From contig NC_045696.1 in assembly GCF_009834535.1 (NCBI RefSeq), forward strand, positions 5,644,001-5,708,000: DNA of 64,000 nucleotides, in the 5' to 3' direction. The stretch comes from Camelus ferus. Lineage: Eukaryota. Under the pieces are notes generated by a model. It was given only the letters and a program-made list of their open reading frames with translations. It did not search any database and had not been told where the DNA came from. The position numbers and the translations under genes are program-made. This document shows positions 62,410 through 64,000 of this stretch, one piece after another. Each line of letters begins with the position of its first letter. The stretch's first letter is position 1.

Positions 62410-63580
62410 ACAATAGAAATAAAAGCAAAAATAAACAAATAGGACCTAATTAAATTTATAAGCTTTTGCACAGCAAAGGAAACCATAAACAAAACGAAAA
62501 GACAACCTATGGAATGGGAGAAAACATTTGCAAACGATGTGACTGACAAGGGCTTAATTTCCAGAATATATAAACAGCTCATACAGCTTAATAACTAAAG
62601 CCAAATAACCCAATCCAAAAATGGGCAGAAGACCTAAACAAGCATTTCTCTAAGGAAGACATACAAATGGCAAATAGGCACATGAAAAATGCTCTATATC
62701 GCTAGTTACCAGAGAAATGAAAATCAAAACTTACAGTGAGGTATGACCTCACACCAATCAGAATGGCCATCATTAAAAAGTCCACAAATAACAAATGCTG
62801 GAGAGGGTGTGGAGAAAAGAGAACCCTCCTACATTGTTGGTGGGAATGTAGTTTGGTGCAGCCATTATGGAAAACAGTATAGAGATTCCTTTAAAAAACT
62901 AAAAACAGACTTACCATATGACCCAGCAATCCCACTCCTGGGCATATAAACGGAGGAAACTCTAATTCGAAAAGATATGTCCACCTCAGTGTTTATAGCA
63001 GCACTATTTACAATAGCCAAGACATGGAAGCAACATAAATGTCCACTGACAGATGACTGAGTAGTATTCCATTATATTTATATGTATAAAATGGAATACT
63101 ACTCAGCCATAAAAATAATAAAATAATCCCACTTGCAGCAACATGGATGGACCTGGAGATCATCATACTAAGTAAGCAGAAATAGAAAAAAAATACCCTA
63201 TGATATTGCTTTATTTGTGGAATCATAAAAAAAAGGACACAAATGAAAACTTATTTACAAAACAGAGACAGACTCACAGACATAGAAAACAAACTATGGT
63301 TATGGGGCAGGGAAAGGAGGTGGGGAGGGATAAATTGGGAGCTTGGGATTTGCAGACACTAATTACTGTATATAAAATTGATAAACAACAAGGTCCTACT
63401 GTTTAGCACAGGGAACTATATTCAATATCTTGTAATAACTTATAATGGTAAAGAATATGAAAAGGAATATATATGTATATATAACTGAATCACTATGCTG
63501 TGCACCAGAAATTAATACAACATTGTAAATCGACTATACGTCAAATAAACAAATAAATTCAAGTCAAGTTGAAAAAAAAA
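62410..63580 (+). mobile_element. Relatively young 5'-truncated L1 (ORF2 C-terminus, 3'UTR, poly(A))
   Basis: IKAKINK*DLIK...[18 protein letters not shown]...LPYDPAIPLLGI; A tail at 63572-63580. Confidence 0.9.
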
Positions 63581-64000
63581 GCCAGGAGTTAAAGTTTAGG
63601 TGATAGGGAACGAGAAAGGCTTGAATAGAGAATATGCAAAGCGTGTCTCCAGAAATTTAGAAGTAGTGATAGGATGAATTCAGTGGGAAGTCAAGGAGAC
63701 CTTGGAGGAGGCTCTGGTGACGGAGGGAATGGAGAGAAAAACAGTTATTTTTATGCAATAGCATCCTGTTGAGAGCTAGGCATTGTTCAAAGACCTTTCC
63801 AGACATCCTCCCTGGAAGTGCTCACAAACAACATGTATATCCTGGCTGTCTCATGAGCATGACATAGTCCACGTCAGTGGATTAGCCCAGTGCCCAGGAG
63901 ACAGAAACACTCAGCATGTGTTCTCTGTTAGCTGTTATCCCCATTTTAAAGATGAGACAAAACCAAAAACAAACACTGAGCCACAGGGAGGTTGCTCAAC

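Noticed and set aside
1..64000. A previously undescribed multi-gene system
   Set aside because: All coding signal I can see is explained by GET1, HMGN1, the RNF6 pseudogene and L1 remnants

Overview
Mammalian genomic DNA, very probably camelid, judged from about 13 copies of a tRNA-derived SINE resembling Vic-1. The region appears syntenic with human 21q22.2. Two complete spliced genes point away from each other. GET1/WRB is on the minus strand (5 coding exons, 174 aa, 11063-22659) and HMGN1 is on the plus strand (6 coding exons, 101 aa, 37421-42609); each has a CpG-island promoter. Between them is an old, degraded, intronless RNF6 retro-pseudogene (about 24003-27030) interrupted by an MLT1-type LTR. 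Downstream of HMGN1 is a retroposed U6 snRNA pseudogene. The remainder is mostly repeats (L1, L2, ERV/MaLR solo LTRs, Tigger1/MER82/MER58, SINEs). I found no evidence for a new multi-gene biological system. The most interesting candidates are regulatory: an ABAB tandem array of NRF1-type motifs in GET1 intron 1 at a position matching the reported human WRB imprinted DMR, an apparent GC-AG intron whose donor sequence is duplicated, a 4-codon GET1 uORF, and two micro-exon candidates (one poison, one in-frame) in HMGN1 intron 4. Repeat family names are from recall and repeat boundaries are approximate.
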